Assembly: GCA_041798905.1 (NCBI GenBank)
Contig: JBHCBD010000010.1
Coordinates: forward strand, 23,200 to 87,199
DNA: 64,000 nucleotides
Source: Spirochaetales bacterium
GTDB lineage: Bacteria; Spirochaetota; Spirochaetia; Sphaerochaetales; Sphaerochaetaceae
Direction: 5' to 3'
The translations under genes and the position numbers were made by a program. Shown here piece by piece: positions 10,800 through 20,172 of this stretch (position 1 is its first letter; every line of letters starts with the position of its first letter). The notes beneath the pieces are model-generated. The model saw nothing but the letters and a program-made list of their open reading frames with translations. It did no database searches and was not told the origin of the DNA.

Positions 10800-10808
10800 G
10801 TTCTTCTC

Positions 10809-11636
10809 CTACTTGCGTTTACTATTAAGGATAAACTTTCCTGAAGGCTTCTTCTTGGAGCGGGTCTTGCCGCCCTTGGTGGGCTTGCCCCAAGGAGTGA
10901 CAGGATGCCGCCCTGCAGCCGTCTTGCCCTCTCCACCGCCATGCGGGTGGTCAATCGGGTTCATGGCAACGCCGCGGACCTTCGGCCGCCTGCCCAGATG
11001 CCGGCTTGCACCGGCTTTTCCGAGAGACACGTTCATGTGATCCTCGTTTCCAAGCTCTCCCAGTGTCGCATAGCATTCTCCGAACACCATCCTCATCTCG
11101 CCGGAGGGCAGACGAAGGGTGACGTAAGACCCTTCCTTCGCCACCACGGTGGCGCTGTTCCCGGCGGAACGGGCAAGCTGCCCGCCTCGGCCCAGGGTAA
11201 GCTCGACATTATGGACGAGAAGGCCAAGAGGTATGCTCTTGAGCGGAAGCGCATTCCCCACGGTGAGGGGGGCGTTGGCTCCGCTCTGCACCTTCATCCC
11301 GACTGTCAGCCCCTTCGGCGCAAGCATGTAGCGCTTCTCGCCATCGGCATAGAAAACCAGAGCGATGTTTGCGCTGCGGTTGGGATCGTATTCTATCGTC
11401 TTCACAGTTCCGGGAATGTCAATCTTGCTGCGCTTGAAGTCTATGATGCGGTACGCCCTCTTGTGGCCGCCGCCTCTGCGCCTGACTGATATTCGTCCGA
11501 AATCGTCACGCCCCGCTCTCCTGTGAAGGTTCCTTGTAAGCGATTTCTCCGGCTTGTCGGCAGTGATCTCGCTTCTTACCAGCAAAGCCTTCTCTCTAAG
11601 GCCGTTGGTGTATGGCTTGTATGTTTTAAGTGGCAT
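10809..11636 (-). CDS. rplB: 50S ribosomal protein L2
   Basis: 275-aa ORF with an L2 signature ([24 protein letters not shown]). Confidence 0.97.
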   Translation of the reverse strand: MPLKTYKPYTNGLREKALLVRSEITADKPEKSLTRNLHRRAGRDDFGRISVRRRGGGHKRAYRIIDFKRSKIDIPGTVKTIEYDPNRSANIALVFYADGEKRYMLAPKGLTVGMKVQSGANAPLTVGNALPLKSIPLGLLVHNVELTLGRGGQLARSAGNSATVVAKEGSYVTLRLPSGEMRMVFGECYATLGELGNEDHMNVSLGKAGASRHLGRRPKVRGVAMNPIDHPHGGGEGKTAAGRHPVTPWGKPTKGGKTRSKKKPSGKFILNSKRK

Positions 11637-11647
11637 TACCTAACTCC

Positions 11648-11962
11648 TTATACGCCTTCGAAAGCGGAGATCGCCTCGCCCTTGGAAAGAGTGACGATCG
11701 CTTTTTTCCAATTCCGGGTGGTGCCGACTATCTGTCCGCCCTTGCCTCTGCTGAACTTCGGCTTTCCCTTGATATTCATCACATTGCATTTGATCGGATT
11801 GACCTTGTACAATGCGGCAACAGCATCGCAGATCTCCAGCTTGTTGGCCCTGGCATCAACCCTGAAGGTGTACTTCGGGAACTCCATGCTTCTCTGGATA
11901 TTTGATTTCTCGCTCAGCACCGGTGCGATGATTACTTGATCTGGTCTCACTTTCGTCACCAT
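11648..11962 (-). CDS. rplW: 50S ribosomal protein L23
   Basis: 104-aa ORF between rplD and rplB with L23-like sequence (IIAPVLSEKS...KKAIVTL). Confidence 0.93.
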   Translation of the reverse strand: MVTKVRPDQVIIAPVLSEKSNIQRSMEFPKYTFRVDARANKLEICDAVAALYKVNPIKCNVMNIKGKPKFSRGKGGQIVGTTRNWKKAIVTLSKGEAISAFEGV

Positions 11963-11965
11963 CCT

Positions 11966-12589
11966 TTATTCGAAGAATGCGTTGAGATTCTTCGCGGCGC
12001 CTTCAAGCATCAGGATCTTCTTTCCGTAGAGAAGCTCCTTCGCGCTGAGCTTGTCATATGCAAGAACGTGGAGGTACGGTATGTTCCTCGCCGCCCTTCT
12101 CAGCATCGCATCGTCGTCCTTGAGAATCAGAACAGTTCTTTTCTCATCAGAAACAAAGGCTTTGACAATCTTGTCGACTTCCTTTGTCTTTCCATTTTCA
12201 CTTGTGAAGTCCTCGACCACAACAAGCCTGTCTTCCTTGGCGGAAAGCGTAAGCAGCGATTTCATGGCCAATCTCTTGACCTTCTTGGGGATCGTATAGC
12301 TGTAATCCCTGGGCTTCGGCCCGAAGATCGTTCCGCCGCCGACTCTCAGCGGCGACTTCTTGTCCCCCATTCTGGCGTTGCCTGTTCCTTTCTGCTTGTA
12401 AGGCTTGACATTGCTGTAGCTTACTTCACCCCTTGTCTTGGTGCAGGCCGTCCCAACCCTGCGGTTGGCCAGCTCGTTGTTAACGGCATAGTATATAGCT
12501 CCATTGCTCACCTCGACGTTGAAAACATCGTCGTTCAAAGCTATGGTTCTGACTTCCTTGCCTTCAGTTGAATAAACCTTGGTATCCAT
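11966..12589 (-). CDS. rplD: 50S ribosomal protein L4
   Basis: 207-aa ORF with an L4 motif (KPYKQKGTGNARMGDKKSPLRVGGG). Confidence 0.96.
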   Translation of the reverse strand: MDTKVYSTEGKEVRTIALNDDVFNVEVSNGAIYYAVNNELANRRVGTACTKTRGEVSYSNVKPYKQKGTGNARMGDKKSPLRVGGGTIFGPKPRDYSYTIPKKVKRLAMKSLLTLSAKEDRLVVVEDFTSENGKTKEVDKIVKAFVSDEKRTVLILKDDDAMLRRAARNIPYLHVLAYDKLSAKELLYGKKILMLEGAAKNLNAFFE

Positions 12590-12599
12590 ATCCGTGCCC

Positions 12600-13220
12600 C
12601 TACTTCTTCACCGCTTTCTTGACGATGACAGTGCTTGATGTCGGCCCGGGTATGGCGCCCTTGACCATCAGAATCTGCATCGCCTCGTCTATGCGGACAA
12701 CCCTCAGGTTCTGGACGGTCACCCTGTCCACACCCATGTGGCCTGCCATTTTGTGCCCCTTGAATGTCTTGGAAGGGGTCGATGACATCGCCGTGCCGCC
12801 AATGTCCCTGTGGAACTTGGAGCCGTGAGTGGCACGTCCGCCTGCGAAGCCATGGCGCTTCATGCCGCCCTGGAATCCCTTTCCCTTGGAAGTGCCGGTG
12901 ACATCGACAAACGTGATGTCCTTGAACAAATTCACATCAAGCACGTCGCCTTTCTTGACTTCCTGCTCGAAATCGCGGAATTCAACAATGCATTTCTTGG
13001 GATCGCAAATATCCTTGAACTGTCCAGCATATGGCTTGGTCACGCGGCTTTTCTTCATATCCATAGAACCCAGGACGGCGGCGCTGTAGCCATTTGCCTC
13101 CACGGTTCTTTCCGCAACAACCACGTTGCCTTCGATTTTTATAACAGTCACAGGCGTAAGTCTGCCTTTGGCATCAAATACCTGTGTCATTCCAACTTTT
13201 CTGCCGATAAGCCCTAACAT
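12600..13220 (-). CDS. rplC: 50S ribosomal protein L3
   Basis: 206-aa ORF containing [15 protein letters not shown]...[13 protein letters not shown], typical of L3. Confidence 0.97.
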   Translation of the reverse strand: MLGLIGRKVGMTQVFDAKGRLTPVTVIKIEGNVVVAERTVEANGYSAAVLGSMDMKKSRVTKPYAGQFKDICDPKKCIVEFRDFEQEVKKGDVLDVNLFKDITFVDVTGTSKGKGFQGGMKRHGFAGGRATHGSKFHRDIGGTAMSSTPSKTFKGHKMAGHMGVDRVTVQNLRVVRIDEAMQILMVKGAIPGPTSSTVIVKKAVKK

Positions 13221-13233
13221 CTCTTACCTCAAC

Positions 13234-13542
13234 TCACTGCTTGATCTCAACGTCTACACCGGCGGGGAGCTCAAGCTTCATAAGAGCATCCATTACCTTA
13301 GTATTAGGATCTATGATGTCAATCAGACGCTTGTGCGTCCTCATTTCGAATTGTTCACGAGACTTTTTGTTTACGAAGGGTGATCTCAGAACAGTATATT
13401 TGTTAATGCGTGTAGGGAGAGGCACAGGCCCGGACACAGTGGCGCCGGCCTTGACGACGGTCTGGACAATAGACATTGCGCTCTGCTCAACAAGCGCGAC
13501 GTCGAAGCCTCTAAGTTTCACACGAATTCTCTCGTTTGCCAT
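13234..13542 (-). CDS. rpsJ: 30S ribosomal protein S10
   Basis: The track ORF reaches 13692, but the S10 homology starts at [14 protein letters not shown] (ATG at 13542-13540). A GGAGGA Shine-Dalgarno lies 6-7 nt upstream. Length 102 aa. Confidence 0.93.
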   Translation of the reverse strand: MANERIRVKLRGFDVALVEQSAMSIVQTVVKAGATVSGPVPLPTRINKYTVLRSPFVNKKSREQFEMRTHKRLIDIIDPNTKVMDALMKLELPAGVDVEIKQ

Positions 13543-13606
13543 TTTTCCTCCAAAAAACAGGTCTTGCCCCGCCGTCTGACGGGACAAGACATTCGTTTGC
13601 GATTTG

Positions 13607-14797
13607 TTACTTGTCGATTTCAGTGACCTGGCCGGAAGCGACGGTCTTGCCGCCTTCGCGGATTGCGAAGCGAAGTCCCTTGTCCATGGCAATCGGGTGA
13701 ATCAGCTCGACTATGATGGAGGAGTGATCGCCAGGCATTATCATGCTGGTTCCCTCAGGAAGCATCACTGTTCCGGTGATGTCGGTTGTCCTGAAGTAGA
13801 ACTGCGGACGATAGCCGGACACGAACGGAGTGTGACGTCCGCCCTCTTCCTTTGAAAGCACATAGATATGTCCCTCGAACTTGGTGTGAGGGGTGATTGT
13901 CTTGGGCTTTGCAAGAACCTGTCCGCGGACAACTTCCTTTTTGTCAACGCCACGCAGCAGAGCTCCGATGTTGTCTCCGGCCTCGCCCTGGTCAAGGGTC
14001 TTGTTGAACATCTCGACTCCTGTGCATACCGAATCCTTTGTCGGATAGATTCCAACGATGGAGACAGGATCGTTGACGTGGATTGTTCCGCGCTCGATCC
14101 TTCCGGTCACGACTGTTCCGCGTCCGGAGATTGAGAAGATATCCTCAATCGGCATCAGGAACGGCTTGTCCAGATCCCTTGTCGGAAGCGGGATGTAGGA
14201 ATCCATCGCATTAAGCAGCTCCTGAATGCACTTGGTGGCTTCAGGATTGTCCGGCTCTGTCATGGCCTTGTATGCGCTGCCTCTGATGACAGGGCAGTTC
14301 GCGCCGTCGAACCCGTTGCTGGTGAGGATGTCCCTGACTTCCTCCTCGACAAGGTCTGCAAGCTCGGGATCGTCAATCTGATCCATCTTGTTGATGAAGA
14401 CGATGATTGCGGGAACGCCGACCTGGCGGGCAAGAAGGATATGCTCCTTTGTCTGCGCCTTGGGGCCGTCGTCAGCGGCGACAACCAGCACAGCGCCATC
14501 CATCTGGGCGGCTCCGGTGATCATGTTCTTGATGTAGTCGGCGTGGCCCGGGCAGTCAACGTGAGCATAGTGCCTGGCATCGGACTGATACTCAACGTGC
14601 CTTGTGTTGATGGTGATTCCTCTTTCCTTCTCTTCTGGAGCGTTGTCGATCTCGTCGTAATTCAGGACCTTGTCGCCGAACTTCCTCGCGCAGTACATAG
14701 TGATCGCGGCGGTCAGCGTGGTCTTTCCATGGTCAACGTGACCGATTGTGCCCACGTTCACGTGCGGCTTTTTTCTCTCAAATTTTTCCTTTGCCAT
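13607..14797 (-). CDS. tuf: Elongation factor Tu
   Basis: [27 protein letters not shown] starts at the ATG at 14797-14795, preceded by an AAGGAGGA SD. Length 396 aa. The longer track ORF (to 14938) adds a non-homologous N-terminus. Confidence 0.97.
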   Translation of the reverse strand: MAKEKFERKKPHVNVGTIGHVDHGKTTLTAAITMYCARKFGDKVLNYDEIDNAPEEKERGITINTRHVEYQSDARHYAHVDCPGHADYIKNMITGAAQMDGAVLVVAADDGPKAQTKEHILLARQVGVPAIIVFINKMDQIDDPELADLVEEEVRDILTSNGFDGANCPVIRGSAYKAMTEPDNPEATKCIQELLNAMDSYIPLPTRDLDKPFLMPIEDIFSISGRGTVVTGRIERGTIHVNDPVSIVGIYPTKDSVCTGVEMFNKTLDQGEAGDNIGALLRGVDKKEVVRGQVLAKPKTITPHTKFEGHIYVLSKEEGGRHTPFVSGYRPQFYFRTTDITGTVMLPEGTSMIMPGDHSSIIVELIHPIAMDKGLRFAIREGGKTVASGQVTEIDK

Positions 14798-15163
14798 CAG
14801 ATTCCTCCTTGTGACCCCTGCGGTCACAAAAACGATAAATGAAATGTGCTCTAAAGGCACAACGCCTTTACCAATTTCTAATATGAGACACACCGGCACT
14901 GATTGAAAAAAGGGGAATCCAGAGGTCAGTCGCCACAAGGGGCGATTGACATAGCACAGAATCTAAAGAACTGCATCTGGAACCACCTTACCACCATTCA
15001 GTGATCGGTTTGGCTCATAGCCAGAATGGGAAATGCGCCGCATATCCCAAAGTGACACCTTTGCCAATATAGAGAAAAGGCGGGAAGTTGTCAAGCCAGA
15101 GTCATATAAAACATATCAATTCAACAAAATAATGGAGAAAAACATCGTAAAAATCCTTAAATC

Positions 15164-17182
15164 ATGAATAAATACAGCCTCAGCCCTTCAAATACCGCAC
15201 AAAAGATATTAAAATATTGGCATATCATGGGCAGGGTTCAACCAAGGGAGGGAGGGCGCTTGTATTGCAATGCCTATATTGAGCTGACTTCATTATTGTT
15301 CCTCGCTTACATAGCCTTCAGGTTCTTCGCGGCCAGGAGGTTTCCGGATCGCAAGAACAAATACTTCGGGATATGTCTTGCCCTGGGGCTGTTCGAGATC
15401 ATGATCAGCCTTGTCCCATGCCTGCTGCAGAACCGGATGACATGGCTGCTGGGCATATTGATCGGAGAGGTGCATTTCATAAGCCAGATACTGCTTGCGG
15501 CAGGCTTGTTCAATTATACGCTGCTGATGAATGGGCTTTTGCACAGGCACGCAAGGCTATGCATCGCCATCCAGATTGCAGTGGCGGCGCTTCTTGCGCT
15601 TGCCATAGCAAGCAACGCATTCAATGGCTGGCTTTTCTTCTATGACAGCGGCATGAATTACAGCCACGGGTTCTACAGATGGCTGTATTTCATTCCTTAT
15701 GCGGCATATATGATCGTTGCTTCGGTCATATCGATTGCAAGGCGCAGGCACATGTCAATCATGCGCTTCATGACAGTGCCGCTGTACTGCATCTTCGCAG
15801 CGTCCTGCATCCTGGTGGAGATTCTGTTCCCCGACCTGATGCTCGCCGGCTTTGTCTTCTCCGTCGCCCTCATGGTCATATATCTGAACATACAGAATCC
15901 GGGCAACGAACTTGACCCGCTGACAAAAGCATACTCCCGCGATATCTTCTCCCTTTTCATTGATGAGCTTCATGACCAAGGAAAGAGCTATCCCATAATA
16001 TACGCCAACATCGTGGGCACCTCGTCGTTCAACAAGACAATCGGGGAAAGCAAGTGCAATGAGCTGATAAAGAAGACCTGCGAAAGGCTGTGCGCGCTGT
16101 CTCCCTGGAACCTCGTGTTCAGATACACCGGAGACAGCTTCGTGATGATCGTCCGGGATGTGCAGCATCTCAAGGAGATGGAGGAGCGGCTGATAAGGGA
16201 CGTGAGCGGCGAAAGCCTTGCCGTGGCCGGCTCCAGCATAATGGTGCAGCTGAGAATGTTCTGCATCCAGGCTTCAGAAGCGAAGGCGCCAAGCGAAACC
16301 ATAAACAGGACAATAGAGCTTGCAATAAAGCGTCTGCACAGCTTCAAGCCCAACACAATCACAACTCTGGACAAGAGCTATATCATCAACAGCCAGCATG
16401 CCGTGGAGGTGGAGGACGCCTTGAAACGGGCCATAGAGACAAACAGCGTGGAGATATTCCTTCAGCCTGTCATCGACAGCGATACAAGGCGCATCGTTTC
16501 AGCAGAGGCTCTTGCAAGGATAAATGACCGGAAGCTCGGCATGATACCGCCCGGGACTTTCATACCGATAGCGGAGGAGACAGGAATGATAAGCTCCCTG
16601 ACTCTTCAGGTGGTGAACCGCGTCTGCATGTTCCTCAAGTCGATTCCATTCGATTGCCACCGAAGGCTGAAATGGGTCTCAATCAATCTTTCCATCTCAG
16701 ACTGCATGAGCCGCTCGCAGGTGGAGAAGATATGCAATATAATCTCAAGCTACGGAATAAGCCCAAGGAAGATAGCCTTCGAGGTCACTGAGACCATGGC
16801 CACCATATCCAAGGGGCTTTCGGAGAATCTGCTGATACTTGCAAGCAAGGGGTTCGCCCTCGCCCTTGATGACTTCGGAACGGAATACGCCAACATAGAC
16901 AGCGCTCTCAGGTTCCCGTTCTCTCTCGCCAAGCTGGACAAGTCAGTGATACATATCTCGGCAAGCGGGGACAAGATGAAGATACTCACAAACATGGTGG
17001 GGATATTCAGCGACATGCATCTGGATACGGTTGCGGAGGGCATTGACAGCCAGAGCGTGATGGACATAGCAAAAGCCGCCGGCGTGAGGTACATGCAGGG
17101 GTTCTTCTTCTCAAAGCCGCTGCCGGTCAATGTGTTCATCAATTCTCTGATTCAGAACAGGGAGCAGGAGGCCGCGCAATGA
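15164..17182 (+). CDS. Membrane-anchored degenerate-GGDEF / intact-EAL protein (predicted c-di-GMP phosphodiesterase)
   Basis: 672-aa ORF with a roughly 240-aa polytopic N-terminus. The GGDEF-like domain has DPLTKAYSR and TGDSF in place of GGDEF. EAL signatures are EALAR, FIPIAEETG, SINLS, FEVTE, LDDFG, KLDKS, VAEGID and QGFFFSKP. By alignment to the paralog, the true start may be the TTG at 15260, which follows GGGAGGGAGGG. Confidence 0.85.
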   Translation: MNKYSLSPSNTAQKILKYWHIMGRVQPREGGRLYCNAYIELTSLLFLAYIAFRFFAARRFPDRKNKYFGICLALGLFEIMISLVPCLLQNRMTWLLGILIGEVHFISQILLAAGLFNYTLLMNGLLHRHARLCIAIQIAVAALLALAIASNAFNGWLFFYDSGMNYSHGFYRWLYFIPYAAYMIVASVISIARRRHMSIMRFMTVPLYCIFAASCILVEILFPDLMLAGFVFSVALMVIYLNIQNPGNELDPLTKAYSRDIFSLFIDELHDQGKSYPIIYANIVGTSSFNKTIGESKCNELIKKTCERLCALSPWNLVFRYTGDSFVMIVRDVQHLKEMEERLIRDVSGESLAVAGSSIMVQLRMFCIQASEAKAPSETINRTIELAIKRLHSFKPNTITTLDKSYIINSQHAVEVEDALKRAIETNSVEIFLQPVIDSDTRRIVSAEALARINDRKLGMIPPGTFIPIAEETGMISSLTLQVVNRVCMFLKSIPFDCHRRLKWVSINLSISDCMSRSQVEKICNIISSYGISPRKIAFEVTETMATISKGLSENLLILASKGFALALDDFGTEYANIDSALRFPFSLAKLDKSVIHISASGDKMKILTNMVGIFSDMHLDTVAEGIDSQSVMDIAKAAGVRYMQGFFFSKPLPVNVFINSLIQNREQEAAQ

Positions 17183-19062
17183 CATACAACATCTGGATGG
17201 AATGCGCATCTCTGGTGTTTCTGACGGTGCTTGCCATTCATCTCATGATGAATCAGCGGTTCCTGAGCAAAATCAGCAGACGCTTCGAGATTCTCACAAT
17301 CTTGAGTCTTATTAATATAATCATAAATCTGGCTGGCTCCATCTTCATCTCGTATCCGGGAATCGCAAAGGCCTGGGTCGTCTCATTGACAAACGAGATC
17401 TACTACTTTTTCAATTTCCTGGTCTCCATGGCCTTCTTGTCGTGCGTCCTGCTGATATTCGAGCAGCATGAAACGAAGACGGGCCTTTGGCTGATGACAA
17501 TCAACAAGATCGTCGCAGTGCTGCTTTTCCCTCTGATGGTGATGAACAACAAGACCGGCTGGCTGTTCCGCATTGACGAGAACAACGCATTCCACCGCGA
17601 TGTCGGCGTCTGGATTCTGCTTGCGCTTTGCCTGGCCGATATCCTTGCCAGCCTGGCTGTGGCCGTCATATTCAGAAAGAAAGCGAAGCAAGTCAGCTCG
17701 CGCACCATTTTCCATGCAGCGGGCATGGTCGTTGCGGCGGCTTTGATTCAGCAGGCATTCCCTGCTCTGCTTATGACAGGCCTTGCAATATCGCTGGGCT
17801 GTCTGATAGCTTACCTGAACCTCCAGAATCCCAAGGATCTTATAGACCCCATGACAAAGGCCTATTCACGCAACGCATTCATCGACTTCTGCCGGGAGGC
17901 GCTTGCGAACCATTGGAACTATCCTCTGGTGTTCATCGATATAAAGAATACTTCAACTTTCAACAAGACATTCGGCGAAGTCAATGGGAACTTGATGATA
18001 AAGTCAGTCGCCTTGGCGATCATGAAGCTCAATCGCAGGAATCTTGTATTCCGACACGCCGGGGATTCTTTCATAATGGCGGCGCGCAATCACGGGAGCC
18101 TGGCCGAAATCATGGACAGTCTATCCAGGCTTAAGGATATGAGCATCGAACTCGGAGGGGTCATATACGATATCCAGTTTCACAGCTTCTGCTTCACTCA
18201 GCTTGGCAAGATGGAATCATTGGACGACCTTTCCGCTGTCATCGAGCATTCCATAGAGAAATGCAAGCAAATGCAGGGCGAAAAGCCGCTGATGATAACA
18301 AGAAGCATAATAGAGGAGGCGCGCAAGAACGCAAAAGCTGAGCAGGCGCTGACAAATGCGCTGGAAAACGATGAGCTCCAGCTGTCATTCCTTCCGGTTT
18401 ATGACGTGACGGCAAGGAGATTCAGATTCGCCAAGGCCATCGGCTCCATTGATGTTCCCGACCTTGGATTGATAAGTCAGGAGGAATTGGCGGCAGCCGC
18501 GGAGAAAACCGGCAAGACAGGACTTCTGCTTGAAAAACTCCTGCATAAGCTGCTTTCATATATGGACTGGGCTCAGTCAAGCGGCAAGTCGATGTTCGAG
18601 ATCATAGGCGTCCCTCTTAATGCCTCGGACTGCCTTAATCCGCATCTTGCAGACGAAGTTCTGAGAATCATGAGCAAGCATAAGGTGAAACCGTCATCCA
18701 TCGCTCTGGAAATAACGGAGACGTTCGCCTCCATCTCCCCCACTCTTCCTGAAAATCTGAGGCGCCTTGATGAGGCGGGCATATTGCTGACCTGCGGCAA
18801 CTTCGGCATAGGCTATGCAAACCTTGACAAAATCACGTCTCTGCCCTTCACTTTAGTCAAAGTGAGCCATCAGATAATGGTCAACGGTGAAAAAGGCCTG
18901 GCGGTCACCTCAAGAATCCTTGCGCTTCTCAATGAGCTTGGCTACAAGACGATGCTGACCGGAATCTCAAACAAGGCGGAAGCCGCCATGGCGATTGATG
19001 CGGGGGCGACATACATCCAGGGGAGCTTTGCGGCGACTATTCCGCTGAGCAGCCTCGCATAA
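17179..19062 (+). CDS. Paralogous membrane-anchored degenerate-GGDEF / degenerate-EAL protein (probably catalytically inactive)
   Basis: 627-aa ORF overlapping the upstream gene by ATGA, with the same architecture (DPMTKAYSR, AGDSF). The EAL-type domain has substitutions at signature sites: AKAIGS for EALxR, GNFG for DDFG, KVSHQ for KxDxS and LTGIS for AEGVE. EITE and QG are retained. Confidence 0.8.
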   Translation: MTYNIWMECASLVFLTVLAIHLMMNQRFLSKISRRFEILTILSLINIIINLAGSIFISYPGIAKAWVVSLTNEIYYFFNFLVSMAFLSCVLLIFEQHETKTGLWLMTINKIVAVLLFPLMVMNNKTGWLFRIDENNAFHRDVGVWILLALCLADILASLAVAVIFRKKAKQVSSRTIFHAAGMVVAAALIQQAFPALLMTGLAISLGCLIAYLNLQNPKDLIDPMTKAYSRNAFIDFCREALANHWNYPLVFIDIKNTSTFNKTFGEVNGNLMIKSVALAIMKLNRRNLVFRHAGDSFIMAARNHGSLAEIMDSLSRLKDMSIELGGVIYDIQFHSFCFTQLGKMESLDDLSAVIEHSIEKCKQMQGEKPLMITRSIIEEARKNAKAEQALTNALENDELQLSFLPVYDVTARRFRFAKAIGSIDVPDLGLISQEELAAAAEKTGKTGLLLEKLLHKLLSYMDWAQSSGKSMFEIIGVPLNASDCLNPHLADEVLRIMSKHKVKPSSIALEITETFASISPTLPENLRRLDEAGILLTCGNFGIGYANLDKITSLPFTLVKVSHQIMVNGEKGLAVTSRILALLNELGYKTMLTGISNKAEAAMAIDAGATYIQGSFAATIPLSSLA

Positions 19063-19105
19063 ATGACGGCTACCCATGCCGGCCAGACATGACCGGTTAA
19101 AAGGC

Positions 19106-19127
19106 AAAAAAATACGGCCGCCCGGCC
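19106..19127 (-). terminator. Weak candidate intrinsic terminator after rpsG
   Basis: The minus strand reads GGCC-GGGC-GGCC then GTATTTTTTT. This is a 4-bp all-GC stem followed by a T7 run, about 100 nt downstream of the rpsG stop. The stem is short. Confidence 0.3.
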
Positions 19128-19227
19128 ACGCGCATCACTGCGCAGACCTTGCAGCCGTCTTTGACCGCCTTCCAGCCTTAAGGGCGGCAATCAAGATGCC
19201 GCACCATGAAAAGCCGGAATCAACGAA

Positions 19228-19698
19228 CTACCATCTGAAATGAGAGAAAGCCTTGTTCGCCTCTGCCATCCTGTGAGTGTCTTCCTTCTTCTTGAAGGCT
19301 GAGCCGGTGTTGGCATAAGCATCAAGAAGCTCCGCCGAAAGCTTTTCCGCCATCGACTTGCCGCTTCTCGCCCTGGCCGCTGTGATTATCCATCGCATGG
19401 CAAGGGCTTCCCGCCTGGACTCCCTGATTTCGGTCGGCACCTGATATGTGGCGCCTCCGACTCTCTTGGACTTGATCTCCACGACCGGCTTGACATTATC
19501 AATCGCCTTCATGAATACATCAAGAGGCTGCTCTCCCGTCTTCTCGCCGAGAACCTTCATTGCGTCATAGATGATTCTGGCGGAGATGGACTTCTTTCCA
19601 TCATACATCATGCGGCGTATGAACTTCTCAACCACAACGCTTGAATAAATGGGATCGGGCAGAACTTCTCTGGCCGTTGAAACTGTTCTTCTTGGCAT
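19228..19698 (-). CDS. rpsG: 30S ribosomal protein S7
   Basis: 156-aa ORF starting MPRR...LPDPIYSS, typical of S7. Confidence 0.97.
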   Translation of the reverse strand: MPRRTVSTAREVLPDPIYSSVVVEKFIRRMMYDGKKSISARIIYDAMKVLGEKTGEQPLDVFMKAIDNVKPVVEIKSKRVGGATYQVPTEIRESRREALAMRWIITAARARSGKSMAEKLSAELLDAYANTGSAFKKKEDTHRMAEANKAFSHFRW

Positions 19699-19713
19699 TT
19701 CACCCTACCTCCA

Positions 19714-20088
19714 TCAAGCCTTGGGCTTCTTGGCGCCGTACTTCGAGCGGCTTCTCTTCCTGTCCTCGACTCCCTGGGTATCCTTCGTTCCACGGATTAT
19801 GTGGTAACGGACGCCAGGAAGATCCTTGACCCTGCCGCCCCTGATAAGGACAACAGAGTGCTCCTGCAGATTATGCCCGATGCCAGGGATGTAAGCTGTA
19901 ACTTCAATCCCGTTTGACAAGCGAACACGAGCCACTTTTCTCAATGCGGAGTTCGGCTTCTTCGGAGTCACCGTCATGACTCTTGTGCAAACCCCGCGCT
20001 TCTGAGGGCAGCCGCCAAGAGCCGGGCTCTTGGTCTTGGACTTGACCTCCGTGCGACCCTTGCGGATCAATTGGTTAATAGTAGGCAT
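19714..20088 (-). CDS. rpsL: 30S ribosomal protein S12
   Basis: 124-aa ORF containing [12 protein letters not shown]...[16 protein letters not shown]. Confidence 0.98.
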   Translation of the reverse strand: MPTINQLIRKGRTEVKSKTKSPALGGCPQKRGVCTRVMTVTPKKPNSALRKVARVRLSNGIEVTAYIPGIGHNLQEHSVVLIRGGRVKDLPGVRYHIIRGTKDTQGVEDRKRSRSKYGAKKPKA

Positions 20089-20172
20089 CTAAAGATACAC
20101 TCCCTTTCTTTTCTTATATCATTGTCGAAGTCAGCATAGAGCCGATGAACAAGATTGCGGGCTTCATATTCC

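Noticed and set aside
13543-13692. N-terminal extensions of track ORFs for rpsJ, and similarly tuf to 14938, rplJ to 29403, rpmG to 31778, glgP to 34530, metQ to 44723, TetR to 43513 and the lipoprotein to 37291.
   Set aside because: Homology begins at internal ATGs that carry good Shine-Dalgarno sequences. The extensions are non-homologous and in several cases overlap tRNAs or neighbouring genes.
14811-14827. Hairpin GTGACC-CCTGC-GGTCAC immediately upstream of the tuf SD, as a regulatory element.
   Set aside because: A single short 5'-UTR hairpin is not distinguishable from a generic mRNA-stabilising stem, and no further supporting feature is present.
19063-19227. Possible fusA remnant between the EAL pair and rpsG.
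   Set aside because: The gap is only 165 nt and has no EF-G-like reading frame. Absence of fusA after rpsG is, to my knowledge, normal for treponeme-type gene order.
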